Source: Macrostomum lignano (Eukaryota). Taken from it: 64,000 nt of DNA. The translations under genes were made by a program, and so were the position numbers. The stretch covers positions 516,520 through 580,519 of the forward strand of contig NIVC01000112.1 in the NCBI GenBank assembly GCA_002269645.1, written 5' to 3'. Shown here piece by piece: positions 29,848 to 44,699 of the stretch. Positions within the stretch are counted from its first letter, which is position 1. Each line of letters begins with the position of its first letter. Under the pieces are notes generated by a model. The model searched no databases, was not told the DNA's origin, and was given only the letters and a program-made list of their open reading frames with translations.

Positions 29848-32800
29848 TTATTCCCTCAGCGATGGCAGCAGTAGCGAGAACAGCAGGCGGTCCCTGGCCA
29901 GGTGGCGTCCAATCCGAATACCCGCGGCGTCCATGCCGTGCTTGGCCAGGCTCTCCATCCTGCAGTGCGCATCCCACAGCTCTGATGGCCGCATCGGGAT
30001 GCTGCTGTCTGCATCACCGCTCGAGCTGGCTTCATCGTGGTTGCAAGAAGAAAATCGCACCCGAGCCTGAGACCGCCCTGTCTGTCTCACCTGCCCATCC
30101 AGGGCTGGCAGGCGGAACGGCGCAGACGTCGTTGAGTCGTCCGGCTCCGACTCGAAGACTTGAGCTGGTTGCCAGGTGGCCGAGTAGCTGGTAGCGTCGG
30201 GCTGTTGACTTCGATCGCTGTAGCTGAAAAAATAATATGAGTTCTCTGCTGACTACTGAGCTGAGTAGTGCGATTCCAACCAAACTGGAAAGTCAGCTCA
30301 CTATCCGGAGGAACGATTGGACCAACGGGACGATTGATCAACTAGCCGAGGGCACCGATAGCTGCTGGCCGACTGGCGCGAGCGCTCAGCGATGGACTCG
30401 AGGTCCAGGCGCACAATCGGCGGCAAGTTCTGCACAAGTCGCTTCAGTCGAAAGTCGCCCATCTGACTGAAATTTTAACCGCATACGTATAAAACTGAAA
30501 ATAAGTTTCAAGTTATTCTATTGCCAGAGAGAGGCTCAGTGAGAAATGTCTTACTCGAACACCGTCTCCTCTTTGGCCTCGAAAAATACCGGCCTCCTTT
30601 GAATTGGTCGTGGCATCGGTGGCGGAGTTGGCACGGGAGGGAGCCAGTGCTTCTGCAAATTACGTAAGCAATTGGCGTCAGTTTCTATTTTTAGAAACAA
30701 GCATATAATCACTGAATGGCATCAGTTTCTATTTTTAGAAACACGCAGATAATCACTGAATAGCGTCAGTTTCTATTTTTAGAAGCAAGCAGCCAATGAT
30801 CGAATGGCGTCACTTTCGGATTGCACAATCCTATATATCAGTAGATATTTTCTAACGCACAAGTTTCTGCAGATTACCTCTTCGCTGTTTCCAGATTCCG
30901 AACCAATCGAGGTCTCTGGGGGCAGCATGAATCGAACTGTGGACGCAGCGTCAGCTTCCTCTGTCTCGTCGATCGATGCTTCGTCCCGCAGCAGCAGGCC
31001 TTGTAGAGCTTCGGGCTCCTCATCCTCGTCAGCACTGTCGTGTTTGCCATCGGCATCCAGGTCGCGCTGGCTCAAGCTGGTGGCAGCAGTCTGGCGTTCC
31101 TCCTCACTCAGGGCATTCAGCCTACGCTGCTCACGATTTCGGCTGTCGCCCGACTCTGAAGTCTCTGTAGACTCGACGCTCTCCGTGCCCATGCCTGAGT
31201 CGGAGTGGCCGCGATGGCGTCTCCGTCGAGGTCTGCGATGCTGACGGCTGGCGTCCTCGGCGAGGGTTGCCGAGAGAAGAGCGCCGGTCCAACGCTGCAA
31301 AGGTATTGAGCTGGTGAAACTGGAACTGCTTACTGATAGTACGATGAGGAGGCAAAGAGGAAAAGTAGAGGGAATGATGCAGAGCAGTGCAGTAAATCAA
31401 AGGGTCGGAGGGAATGATGGTGCAGCGGCACATCAAAGGATCGGAGGGAATGATTGTACAGCAGCATATCAAAGGGTCAGAGGGAATGATGGTGCAGCGG
31501 CACATCAAAGGTCGGATAGCCAAGCTGCTTTTCAACTTTCCATTACCTTTCTGAGTTCGTCCGTCAAATCGTGCCCCATCTGCCGGAGCAAATCCAGCAG
31601 GTTGTCACCTTTGCACCGAACAGTGCTACTTCTGCTGCTGTTGTTATTGCTTCTTTCACCTCTTGAAGGTCCCAGCTTCCGGGCCTCATCGGCTAACTTC
31701 ATCAGCTCGTCGATGAGTCTCTCTAGCTGGGAGATCAGCTCCGATACCAGTTGCAGCTCAAAGTCTTCCCGGAGGTTGAGCTGTCTGATTTGAAGAGAAA
31801 ACTTAATGAATATTTGGCATTAAAAAGTTGCAATTGTTAAACAAAGTCCTCACTGTTTAATGTCCAGCAGTCTTCGACACATCTCCCCATGCGACTCGAG
31901 ACTGTTCGCAGACTCCGACATCATCTCAGTGAGAGCTCTGGCCACCGGCTCCGTCAGCAGCGGCACCTCCGGCTGGCGGAACCACGGCTCGGACACGATG
32001 GCCGAGAGCAGATCGGTCTGGTAGTCTGACTCTGTAGCAGACTTTCTGCTATCGTAAGACATTTCCTCAACCGTTTCTAGCTCCTGTAGTTCTGGCTCCT
32101 CTTCCGGTTCAGATTCCGTGTCTTCAGTTTCCAGTTCCACTTCCGGCTCAACCTCCGGTTCCACTTCCGGCTTAACCTCCGGTTCCACTTCCTGTTTCAC
32201 TTCCAGCTCCACTTCTATTTCTCCTTTCGTTTCGTTTTGCGATTGCACTTCAGAATTTGGTTCCGACTTCACTTCCGGTTCTTGATTCGATTGAATATCC
32301 GGCTCCCCGGGGAGGGGGTTAGCAAAGCTGGGCAAATCTTGCACCCCCTGGAGCGAGTCCAGCTCTGGCTGGCTTGTATCATCCTCGCTGCCAATGTAAA
32401 AGTCGGCGACATCGTCAGCCGTAACGATCACGACAGGAATTTGCGGAATCTTTGGAAGCGGCGGAGGCTGCGGACGTGACTGCGGCGACGGCAGCGATGG
32501 TGGCAGCGGCTTCTCCGCTGACGATGAAGAAGCAGATGCCCGTCGTTGAAGAGGCGGTGATGCAGGCGGATGAGGAGGCGGCGGTGGTGGCGGTGGCGGT
32601 GGTGGCGGCGGTGGTGGCGGCGGCGGTGGCTTCAGCACCGGCGGCGCTCGCCTTCCAACTGCCTGTCGATTTTGCTTTCGCGCCCGTTTTGCCTCCGGCT
32701 TCTGTGCCGGCGGCGAGGCTGAGCTGGACGGTTGAGCTGGAGGCGGCTGCGGAGGAGTCGGCGGTGGAGGCTGCGTTGCCAGCGGAGGCGGCGGAGACGG

Positions 32801-35236
32801 CGGTAGTTGAGGAGGAGGCGGTCGGTCTTCCTGCTGCAGTGGTGGCTCCGGCGGCTGCACCTGCTGCTGCCGCTTCTGCCTGAGCAGCCGGAGCTGCTGC
32901 TGGCTCGGCAGCGGTGGAAGCCGCTCGACACCCCGGCCGCCCCCGCATTGATTGCTCGCCTCCGTTTTGAAGTTGCCGGCTGCTGAGCTGGAGGCTCCAA
33001 GCTCGTCGCAGGCTGAAGGCTTGCCGAGGCGGATGTGGAAGGCGTCTCCAACGTCCTCCTGGGCTCTTCCGGTAGCTCGACGAGCTGTTTGACTTCGCTG
33101 ACTTCCGAAGTGTCGCTGCTCGACTCCGGTACATCATCAAACTGCTGTTTGCTGCCGCTGTCATCGTCTGCCCAGGTGTCCCAGCGGGTTGTAACGTTGA
33201 GGTAGGACGCCTCGTCCACTGACATCTCAGCGGCACCCTCAGTTGCGGGCTCCGGGATCGGCTCTGCTCGCGCGAATCGGCGCCGAAGGCGCAGCGGCTG
33301 TTTTGAGGGATGAAAATTCGACATGAGGCCGGGGTCTGATCACCTGGCTTAGCACCGGGGTCTGATCACCTAGCTTAGCACCGGGGTCTGATCACCTGGC
33401 TTAGCACCGGGGTCTGATCACCTGGCTTAGCACCGGGGTCTGATCACCTGGCTTAGCACCGGGGTCTGATCACCTGGCTTAGCACTGGGGTCTGATCACC
33501 TAGCTTAGCACCGGGGTCTGATCACCTAGCTTAGCACCGGGGTCTGATCACCTAGCTTAGCACCGGGGTCTGATCACCTAGCTTAGCACCGGGGTCTGAT
33601 CACCTAGCTTAGCACCGACAGTAAATCCACGAGTCTGGCGCCAACAAAATTATCATTTCTGGAGCCAAAATCATCTATTCTGCTACCGAAATCATCTAGT
33701 CTGGCGCCAAAATCAACTGATCCGGCGCCAAAATCATCTAATCTGGAGCCAAAATCATTTAGTCTGGCACCAACCAAAATCATCTCTAGTCTGGAGCCAA
33801 AATCATTTAGTCTGGCACCAACCAAAATCATCAAGTCAGGTGCCAAAAGCATCTAGTCTGGTGCCAAAATCATCTAGTCTGGTGCCAAAATCATCTAGTC
33901 TGGTGCCAAAATCATTTAGTCTGGCACCAACCAAAATCATCAAGTCAGGTGCCAAAAGCATCTAGTCTGGTGCCAAAATCATCTAGTCTGGTGCCAAAAT
34001 CATCTAGTCTGGTGCCAAAATCATCTAGTCTGGTGCCAAAATCATTTAGTCTGGCACCAACCAAAATCATCAAGTCAGGTGCCAAAAGCATCTAGTCTGG
34101 TGCCAAAATCATCTAGTCTGGTGCCAAAATCATCAAGTCAGGTGCCAAAATCATCCAGTCTGGTGCCAAAATCATCTAGTCTGGCGTCAAAATCATCCAG
34201 TCTGGCGTGAAAATCATCTAGACTTGTGCCATCCAAAATCACCAAACGGAAAATCTAAAAATGTCCTAAGAAATTCTAGGAAATGAGACTCGAGAAGTCA
34301 ATAGCAAACCGAACTAAAAGACCAGAGTTTACAATAACAGTTTTTTCCACTGGAGCCCAACACCCTAAAAGAGAAGCTCTTTCTTGATCAAAGTCGACTT
34401 ACATTTTTATTTGACTTTCTACAGCAATTTCCTGAAAGCTCGAACGCAATATTTATCAGATGATAAGTTATGGCTTGTCTGCTCAGGTGTTTACTTACCT
34501 TTTTTAGCTTAGCAGGCACACTGCTGATAGCAGCTTTCGGCTCCGAAGGCTCAAATAGTTGACGTATGACAGAGTTCGGAATGTGGCCTGGCGCGTGCGG
34601 GTTGTAAATCAAAAATATTGTATATTGAGCTATTGACGACTAAAAACTGCAATTTGTCAGGAGTAGGTCATTGCGAGTAGCCAGAATTTCTGTCAGGAGT
34701 AGGTCATAGTGATTAGCAAGAATTTGCCAGGAGTAGGTCATAGTGAGTAGCCAGAATATCTGTCAGGAGTAGGTCATAGTTTGTAGCAAGAATGTGTGTC
34801 AGGAGTAGTTCATAGTGAGTAGCAAGAAGGTGTCAGGAGTAGGTCATAGTGAGTAGATAAGTGTGTCAGGAGTAGGTCATAGTGAGTAGCAAGAATGCGT
34901 GTCAGGAGTAGGTCATAGTGAGTACCTAAGTGTGTGTGGAGTAAGGTCATAGTGACCAGCTAGAATATGTTTCAGCCTAGGGTCATGGTAAGTAGCTTGA
35001 AAGCGTCAGCAGGGGCTCATAATGAGTAGCCTAACTGCTAAACTCTGCCAGAAATTAGCAAGTGTCAAAGCCATGCAGTCTGACTCACCATCCGGAGCAA
35101 TTGGAAAACGCCGGCTCGACCTCCCCGCCTTGAACAGGTCGAACATCCAGCACCGGCTGCCATCAGCCGGTCGACCAGGTGGAAAACCGGTATAGCGGTC
35201 ACCGGGATCTCTAATCTGCTGCTGCTGCTCTGGCAT
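29848..35236 (-). CDS. 8-exon, ~991-aa proline-rich/acidic, largely disordered protein of unknown function (one frameshift in exon 3)
   Basis: Exons 35236-35089, 34587-34499, 33297-31854, 31784-31547, 31294-30878, 30652-30555, 30466-30302 and 30223-29848. All seven GT-AG junctions are phase-compatible if one base is added in exon 3 near 32930-32945. No domain recognised. Confidence 0.72.
33330..33617. repeat. 26-bp intronic minisatellite (GGGGTCTGATCACCTGGCTTAGCACC), about 11 copies
   Basis: Direct inspection. Confidence 0.95.
33630..34230. repeat. ~21-bp intronic minisatellite (TCTAGTCTGGTGCCAAAATCA)
   Basis: Direct inspection. Confidence 0.92.
34655..34995. repeat. ~36-bp intronic minisatellite (TGTCAGGAGTAGGTCATAGTGAGTAGCAAGAA-like)
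   Basis: Direct inspection. Confidence 0.85.
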
Positions 35237-35799
35237 TGTGTAAATTTTGTTATAGATTGATAGATAGGGCAGCGTTTTCTTAGAAGCAGTCATACAGACA
35301 GGGACAAACCGAGTCCTTATTCTCTCGGGTTCATGCCGCATATATAGGTGTACTGATGCATGTCCAGTGCTTAGGAAATTACGATACCTTATCAACGTCC
35401 CACCCGCTCCCTCTCTCTCTCTCTCTCTGTTGCTAGGAGCAACTGAAACAAAGTTGCCAGATTGCAAAATGGATCGCTGAGTGGTTATGAGCTGTTAACA
35501 GGTGCGGCAGACAGGGCGAGGCAGAGAGGGACAGAGAGAGGGGAGGGTGGAGCGGAGAGAGATTTGGTCCTTCGGGGTTTCGGAGCGCTCGAACATTGCT
35601 ATTGCAGGCAGTCGGCGCAAAATTAGTTTTTTTTCGGCCCCGGTTATCGGGAAAAGTGAAAAAACAACTGGCGCTGAGACACTCCGAGACTGGTAGGCTC
35701 AGGGCTGCTTTTTTTGACTCCGCCTGAGCTGCGATGTCTGTGACAGATTCTTTCACCGTTGCAACAGGAGCGCTATCAGCTGCTGCATTCCAACTGGTG

Positions 35800-36270
35800 G
35801 GCCCCTAATGGCGCCCCTTACTGTGCCTCCAATGGGCCCCCAACGGAGCACCCAAAGGAGCACCCAACGGCGCCCCGAACGACGCCTCAAACGGAGCCCC
35901 CAACGACGCCCCCAACGACGCCTCAAACGGAGCCCCCAACGGCGCCCCCAACGACGCCTCAAACGGAGCCCCCAACGGCGCCCCCAACGGCGCCCCGAAC
36001 GACGCCTCAAACGGAGCCCCCAACGATGCCTCAAACGGAGCACCCAACGGAGCACCCAACGGAGCCCCAACTAAGCACCCAACGGAGCACCCAACGGAGC
36101 CCCAACTAAGCGACCCAATGGAGCACCCAACGGAGCCCCAATGGCGCCCCCAACGACGCCCCAATGGCACCCCAACGACACACCCCCAACGGCACCCCCA
36201 AACGGTGCACCCAACGGTGCCCCCAACGGCGCCCCAACGGAGCCTCCAATGGCACCCCACAACGGCGCCC
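35800..36270. repeat. GC-rich degenerate tandem repeat (CCCCAACGG(A/C)G core)
   Basis: Direct inspection. Confidence 0.85.
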
Positions 36271-36756
36271 CAGGCTCTCAAATCTGAAACCATGACCCTC
36301 ACAGCTTAGACCTACATCAAGTAGAAAAAGAAGCCTTGATCCGTAACTGATTGAGTAGCAAGTTGCGACTATTCTTAACCAAATTTATTCTGACTAGAGT
36401 TGAACAGAAATTGGCTTATTACACTCGCCTATAGCAAGAATACTCAGTGCTAACGATGTGGCTTCACAGTTCCATTAATCCTGGCCCATGCCTAGAAAGA
36501 GTCAAGTTACCCAGCTAATTATTGTGTAACTGCGCACACGATAGAATGCACAGGACTGCGTGTACACTGCCCAGAGCTATTTAGTGAAAGCTTGTTAATA
36601 ACTGCTTGATTGACAGTTACAAGTGGCCAGTTGAACCAAGTTGAAACTAGATTGAGAATTTGCACTGCTGAAAACTGATGGTGAAATTTGGTGTTAATTA
36701 CTACCTGCATTCAAGGACTGATGAACTTGCCAATAGAGTCACGCCCATGCGAAATA

Positions 36757-37170
36757 GCGCCACTTCCACACAGCGTCACTTCCACACAGCGTCACTTCCA
36801 ACTACCGCCACTTCCAACTAGCGCCACTTCCAACTAGCGCCACTTCCAACTAGCGCCACTTCCAACTAGCGCCACTTCCAACTAGCGCCACTTCCAACTA
36901 GCGCCACTTCCACAAAGCGCCACTTCCAACTAGCGCCACTTCCAACTAGCGCCACTTCCACACAGCGTCACTTCCAACTAGCGCCACTTCCAACTAGCGC
37001 CACTTCCAACTAGCGCCACTTCCAACTAGCGCCACTTCCAACTAGCGCCACTTCCAACTAGCGCCACTTCCACACAGAGCCACTTCCAAATAGCCTCAAT
37101 TTCAAATAGCGCCACTTTCAACTAGTGTCAGTTCCAACTGGCGCCACTTTCAAATAGAGCCGCTCCCAAC
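36757..37170. repeat. 16-bp minisatellite (GCGCCACTTCCAACTA)
   Basis: Direct inspection. Confidence 0.93.
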
Positions 37171-37664
37171 TATAGCGCTACGTCTACCCCTAACAACCAT
37201 CGGCCATGAGCAGAATAGCCATGAGCAGAATAGCCATGAGCAGAATTTCTTTTCCGAACCTTCTCCAACGAGCAGCCACAGGGAATGAGATCGCAGCCTC
37301 CCAGCATCCAGGGCTGACATCTGCAGCTGCGCATGCGGCCACAAATTGAGTGATGGAGCGGCAGGCAGCCTCGGGGAGGCAAGACTGGGATGGAAGCAAT
37401 GATAAAGTAGGCTTGGGATTAGGAAGAGCATGTGATAGACTGGCGAGCAGGCATTAAGGGATTTTATATTTTAACTCAGTTGCAATTCGGTTCTACTGCA
37501 AAGCTCTTTTTCTTTCGGGGGAATTTTACACCACCCACTGCGAGCTGTTACGCAATCGCGATAATTCGGAGTGGAACTGCATTTTGATTTGCGCAGCTGA
37601 GAGACAGATGATTTAATAAATTTTAGTAACTATCAGAATATTATCCGGGTCTTTCATTTACCCT

Positions 37665-38545
37665 TCACAGCCCTTATCTACACCTCAAAACCCTTATCTA
37701 CACCTCAAAACCCTTATCTACACCTCACAACTCTCATCTACACCTCACAAACCCTCATCTACACCTCACAAACCCTTATCTACACCTCACAAACCCTTAT
37801 CTACACCTCACAAACCCTTATCTACACCTCACAAACCCTTATCTACACCTCACAAACCCTTATCTACACCTCAAAACCCTTATCTACACCTCACAACTCT
37901 CATCTACACCTCACAAACCCTCATCTACACCTCACAAACCCTTATCTACACCTCACAAACCCTTATCTACACCTCACAAACCCTTATCTACACCTCACAA
38001 ACCCTTATCTACACCTCACAAACCCTTATCTACACCTCAAAACCCTTATCTACACCTCACAACTCTCATCTACACCTCACAACCCTTATCTACACCTCAA
38101 AACCCTTATCTACCCCTCACAAACTCTTATCTACACCTCACAAACCCTTATCTACACCTTACAAACCCTTATCTACACCTCACAAACCCTTATCTACACC
38201 TCAAAACCCTTATCTACCCCTCACAACCCTTATCTACACCTCACAAACCCTTATCTACACCTTACAACTCTCATCTACACCTCAAAACCCTTATCTACCC
38301 CTCACAACCCTTATCTACACCTCACAACCCTTATCTACACCTCAAAACCCTTATCTACACCTCAAAACCCTTATCTACACCTCAAAACCCTTATCTACCC
38401 CTCACAACCCTTATCTACACCTCAAAACCCTTTTCTACACCTCACAACTCTCATCTACACCTCACAAACCCTTATCTACACCTCACAACCCTTATCTACA
38501 CCTCACAACCCTTATCTACACCTCACAAACCCTTATCTACACGTC
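37665..38545. repeat. 20/21-bp minisatellite (CCCTTATCTACACCTCACAAA)
   Basis: Direct inspection. Confidence 0.95.
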
Positions 38546-39657
38546 ACAACATGCATTCAACTCAACTCAACTCAACTCAACAACTCAATCGGTCAACCTC
38601 ACATTATTGCATTTCCATCATTATTCATATCAACTACTTGCTTTCTGTTAAAAATGAAATTCCCTAACCATCGACTGTCAGAGTAAATATTGATGAAGGA
38701 AACTCGGCAAGCTAGTGAACTATGATTGCTACAAGTTTGTTTCACTTCCGATTGTAAAATCCATCAGAAATCAGGCGTTCGATAATAAATGGCTGCTTTA
38801 ACCCTGGACTGTGATAAAAACATTTTTTTAAATCTCCTAAATCCGGAACAGCGATGTTTTAACAGAGTGGGTCAGATGTACATTACGGTTAAATCATGCT
38901 TTTATTGCCCACCTACCTCACGCTGCTACATAACCACTCTAAGATAAACGCAATAATAAAACAATTAACTAGTTAACAGTTTCAATTACGGCAGGGTAAT
39001 AAAATGCTAAATCAAGCAGGCTAAAGACTGCACGGTAAAGTCATTAATGCACGTACGATAGGTGTGTTAAGCTACTGCCAGCCCGAAGGCCTCTCCAGTT
39101 CGCGTGTTTATAGTTTGAGGGCAGTCAGTCGAGTCAGCTGCGCACACGGGCCGGGCCGGGCGGGAAGAGGAGGTGGGCGCTGCACCCTCCCCCTTCGCAT
39201 GTCCTTCGCGCTCCTCTCCGTCTCTCTCGCACTGTCGTGTCCTCTCTCCCCGGGCCCTCCCTGTCTAACCCAGCGCTAACCCGACCGCGGTGTCAAGAGG
39301 AGAAGGGAGAGAAACAGGGGAGAGGACAGAGGGGGAGAGAGGAGCGGGAAACCAGGGCAGAGGGAAAGGCCATTTCCAAGGCAAGATAAAACTGAATGAC
39401 GCACTTCGTTCAAGCTCCAGTTTTGGCCAGACAAGCCTTCCTTCCTGGGACCAAGGCTTAATCGCTTCCCTATAGCTGGAATCCGCCCCAGCCCCCTTCC
39501 TCATCTTACTTGCCCTGTCGCTCCGGAGCCACTACACAGCCAAAAGGTCTCCGGGTTCAGGGGCGGTGCAGGAGGCTGAATCTCCCGACTAGCAAGCTTA
39601 GCCCAGCCACCCAGGAGATCAGGAAAGGTGTCATCTTCTACCCGAGGTCGTGTCGCG

Positions 39658-41948
39658 ATGAAGGACAAGAAGAGGACGGCCTCCCAGACGCAGCCGCGGC
39701 GGGGGCACCACCACCACAGTCTGCACCGGCAGCACCAGATGCAGCAGCAGCGCATGAGCCAGCAGTCTTCTCACAGATCCTTGGCGGCTTCGCTGAGCTG
39801 CTTCAACAAGGCTGGCAGCTCCGGCAGCTCCCGTGACGAAGACGAAGACGCGGCTAGGTTCACCGGGATGCAGGATGAGGAGGCCACGGCTCCCGGATCT
39901 CCCTGCGACTCGTGAGACTTCCTCTGAGATTTTCTGCTGGCTGAGATGTTGCTTCTCATGCTTCTCATGCTTCCCATGCTTCTCATGCTTCTCATGCTTC
40001 TCACTAATATCATGCTTCTCGTGATTCTCACTAATATCATGCTTCTCGTGATTCTCACTAATATCATGCTTCTCGTGATTCTCACTAATATCATGCTTCT
40101 CATGCTTCTCATGCTTCCCATGATTCTCATTCTACCCATGATCCTCATGCTTCCCATGATTCTCATGCTTCCCGTGATTCTCATGCTTCCAGTGATTCTC
40201 ATGCTTCACACCATTGTCTCTCTCGATTCTATTCGATTCTTCCTGTGATCCATTCTGGCCTGTATTTATCCTAACCAACACAAACTCCCTACCCATGAAA
40301 GTAAAGTCACTCCTTTTCATTGTCAGCATATAAACCTGTCCAACATCCCAGTCACAAAGCAAGAAGCGTCAAGAGTTGAGATATGTCTATATGCAGTGAG
40401 GCAGCGAGACCAGCTGTACACGCAGAGTACGCGAACTCAAAACTTGGCTTGTTTGAAAGAAAAAACGGGAAAAGCTTTTTGCTAGGCAGGCAATCTCATT
40501 CATAGATTCCATTCCGCACCGTATCCCACACGCTTCAGATTATCCCTGAGCCGAAAACAGTCCCCAACAGCCAAGCAGGTTTTTTCGGCTTCTTTTTCTG
40601 TCCGTTGCTGGGCGAAAATCGATCCCCCTCCATGGCAAAAATAAAGAGCCAGTTGACAGCTCGCTTTAGAGCAGCCGTGTCCCCCCACACCTAATTGAAT
40701 CTTGCCTGCTGGCCTGCCGCCACAACCAGTGAAAATCAGTGGGCATCCCACCTGCCTTCTTCACTTCACCTTCACCTTGTTTACTCACCTCATTTCCTTT
40801 TCCTTTGTTTTCTTTTCTATTTTATACTTCTTACCCTCCCTTCCTCTTCTCTTCCCTCTCTCCTTTCCTCTGATCTCTACCTACATCTTTCCCTCTCTCC
40901 CTTCCTCTTCTTTCATCTCTCCCTTCCTCTCTCCCTTCCTCTCTCCTTTCGTCTCTCCCTTCCTCTCTCCCTTCCTCTTTCCCTCTCTCCCTTCCACTCT
41001 CCCTTCCTCTCTCCCTTCCTCTCTCCCTTCCTATCTCCCTTCCTCTCTCCCTTCCTCTCTCCCTTCCTCTCTCCCTTCCTCTTTCCCTCTCTCCCTTCCA
41101 CTCTCCCTTCCTATCTCCCTTCCTCTCTCCCTTCCTATCTCCCTTCCTCTCTCCCTTCCTCTCTCCCTTCCTCTCTCCCTTCCTCTTTCCCTCTCTCCCT
41201 TCCACTCTCCCTTCCTTTCTCCCTTCCTTTCTCCCTTCGTCTCTCCCTCCTCTTCCTTCCTCTCTCCCTTCCTCTCTCCCTTCCTCCCAAGCAATTGCAT
41301 AATTTCTTTGCAGTCACGAGTCACTCCATATTGCATAATTTGACAACCCAATAAAAACTGAAGGAAATACTCGAGAAAGATTTCTAGTCCGCAAGAGGTA
41401 CTTTGGATTCTCCCAACTAATCTTATCTTTCAAGTCTTGATTGACGGATTGAGCTCGTGAGCAGTAATAAAATTAAGCCGGTTCGCTCATTTTTACCTTA
41501 CCAGTCTCAAAGACGGTTTTTAAATCATAACAAACCCACATCTGCAGTCAGAGGCATGCGGAACTCGGGACCATGAGTAGTCATGCACGAATTGATCATT
41601 TCCTTTTCTCCCACCCGCCCTCGCCAGCACCCGAGTCGGCTGCATGTCGCTCCGTCGGGACAAGCGGCAGTCCGTGATGACGGCATCAGCTGCGGCGACG
41701 GCGACGGCAGTTGCCTCAGGTCTGGAACCCAGTCACCTTGACGACGGCTGGTGCTACGCGCTGAGCTCGGAGGAGCACCTGATGCGTCTGGGGGACCAGC
41801 AAGTGCAGCAGCGAGCGTCTATTTTGTACGGCGACGCTACGGCAACGCCGCGGCCACAAGCAGCTGAGGCGATGGCGGCAAATGGCAGCAGCGAACTGCC
41901 CTGCGGCAGGACGGAGCAGAGAGCGGTGAGCCCGAGCCGCCTGTCCTC

Positions 41949-42034
<86 letters not shown>

Positions 42035-42035
42035 G

Positions 42036-42078
<43 letters not shown>

Positions 42079-42079
42079 G

Positions 42080-42176
<97 letters not shown>

Positions 42177-44350
42177 ATATCTTTCTATCATCTGTCTGTC
42201 TATCTACCACCGTAAACTTGTTAGCGATGCTGTTAAATGCACAAACTCTAAGTACTTTCAATGCACCCGGAACCACTCGGGCCTGATCTGAAATCTGATA
42301 CACCCCCAGAACCCCCTGCATCAGGCCAGGCAGGCAAATCAGCACACGGCAAGTCTGGGAAAGCAGCGGCTAGCCGTGGAATTTGCCTTGGCAGCGCATG
42401 AAAATGCACTTAACATTCTCCCTCTTGCGCCCTCATTCACTCGGCTTAGTCTGGTTTGCAGAGGAGCAGCGGAACTCTGTGTGAGAAACCTGATGTCTAG
42501 TTTGGGGCCTCGGTAGTGACAGACAGACAGGCAGGCAGACAGCAGGTACAAGCGATTTATCGGAAAGAAACTGCTTCGCGGAAAGCTGCAGAAGGCGACT
42601 ATGCAGGACCAGACTGCCGGCTCCATGGAGAGTTGCTTTTAACAGTCAGGGCAGCCGCAATTTCTCTCCCATACGCGTCGCTGTGTGTAAACTGTGCGAG
42701 GCAAAGTGCAGCAGGCAATGAAGAACGAAAGTAGTTGCCACCCCGTTGGCGTCACTGGCGCGCGCACCAAAATTGGTCGACAACTCCTGCTTGGACCGCA
42801 GGGCCCCGCCGCGCTGAGGGGTGAGGGATGATTGAGGATGTAGATGGGAACAGGAGGGAGAAGACCAGCAGTTCCTCTCCCTTCCCATCTCTCTGCTGCT
42901 GCCTCCCAGGCTCTGGGTTGTGAAACGAAAATGTTTGGGGGGACAGCAGTGCGCGAACTCTTCCACTTTTTATCAATAGTTCCCGTTTTTTATGGTGGGG
43001 AGATGTTCTGTGCAGCAAAAATGCGTATTAGTCAGTCAGAGAGATACAGCTGTACTTTAGAAATTAGAGAATTAAAATATCAACTTTTCAACCGTAAAGT
43101 CCCTTGTCGACGTGAAATTTCAACAACCAGAACCGGCCAGGTGTGTTAAATCAGTAATATCCTATGCAAACATTCGATAAAATTTAATTACTTGTTCGCG
43201 ACGGGAAATTTCCTATGCCAGAGGGCACCTGCCGATAAAATACCTGACTTCCTTCCACCAGGACCCCCATGTTTGTTCAAACCGACAGACAGTGTCAGTC
43301 AGAAAATCTCCCACCACTTGGTAAACAGATGGGAAGTTTGCTTTCCTGTTATCAGCAATTAGGTTTGCTTTGCTCGAGAGGGCGCGTGGGGGTTTTAATT
43401 ATAAAGAAAGGATTGGTTGCACCCCGTTCTGAACAATTTAATCCCTTCAGTAGTGCGTCTAAAGGCTAACAGAATTGGCGTGGTTGGTGTACATTCATAG
43501 AAAAATTGGGAGTGGGGGTAAAGAGACTGATTGCAGTGAGTCTACATTGACAGAACAGTGTGGAGTGAGGTAGTTGAGACTGATTGCAGTGAGTGTACAT
43601 TGACAGAACAGTGTGGTGTGGAGTGGGGTAAGAGACTGACGCAGTGAGTGTACATTGATAGAACAGTGTGGAGTGAGGTAGTTGAGACTGATTGCAGTGA
43701 GTGTACATTCACAGAACAGTGTGGAGTGGGGTAAGAGACTGACGCGGTGAGTGTACATTGATAGAACAGTGTGGAGTGAGGTAGTTGAGACTGATTGCAG
43801 TGAGTGTACATTCACAGAACAGTGTGGAGTGGGGTAAGAGACTGACGCAGTGAGTGTACATTGATAGAACAGTGTGGAGTGGGGTAAGAGACTGACGCGG
43901 TGAGTGTACGTTTGCAACATATTAAATCATAAAAGCGATAAGATAAGGGCAAGCTATAGATTTGTAACTTAGTAAACTGATCAAGCCCTTCAAACGAAAA
44001 AATAATTGATTTTTGTCTTCAGTTCACGCTGGATCGCAGCGGCACCAGTGGCTACGGATTCACTCTGGTCGGCTCGCAGCCGGTGCGGGTCGGCAAGGTG
44101 GACGCCGACTCATCAGCCGGCCGAGTTGGCATTCGCAGCGGCGACATCGTGGTCAGCGTCAATGGCGAGACTGTGCTCAGCTACAGCTGCGACCGGGTTG
44201 TGCACGCCATCAGGTGAGTTGGCAAGGAAGCATGGTGCGACTTCTAGATTTTGATTCTTCCCATTTGGCTTAATTTTTTTACTGACTGGGAGATACACGC
44301 GCAGACAGACAGAAAAACACTAAGACAGTCAGACAGAGAGACAGTCAGAC

Positions 44351-44437
<87 letters not shown>

Positions 44438-44518
44438 TAGACAGACAGACAGACACACGGACACACAGACAGAGAGAAAAACAATAAGACAGACAGACAG
44501 ACAGACAGACAGGCACTA

Positions 44519-44571
<53 letters not shown>

Positions 44572-44578
44572 GGCACTA

Positions 44579-44653
<75 letters not shown>

Positions 44654-44667
44654 AAGACAGACAGAAG

Positions 44668-44699
<32 letters not shown>

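Noticed and set aside
35640-36302. Possible small plus-strand exons (35768-35796) and a mucin-like PTT ORF as 5' parts of the RhoGEF gene
   Set aside because: Two frames are equally plausible, no phase-consistent link to 39658 was found, and the mucin-like part is a tandem repeat.
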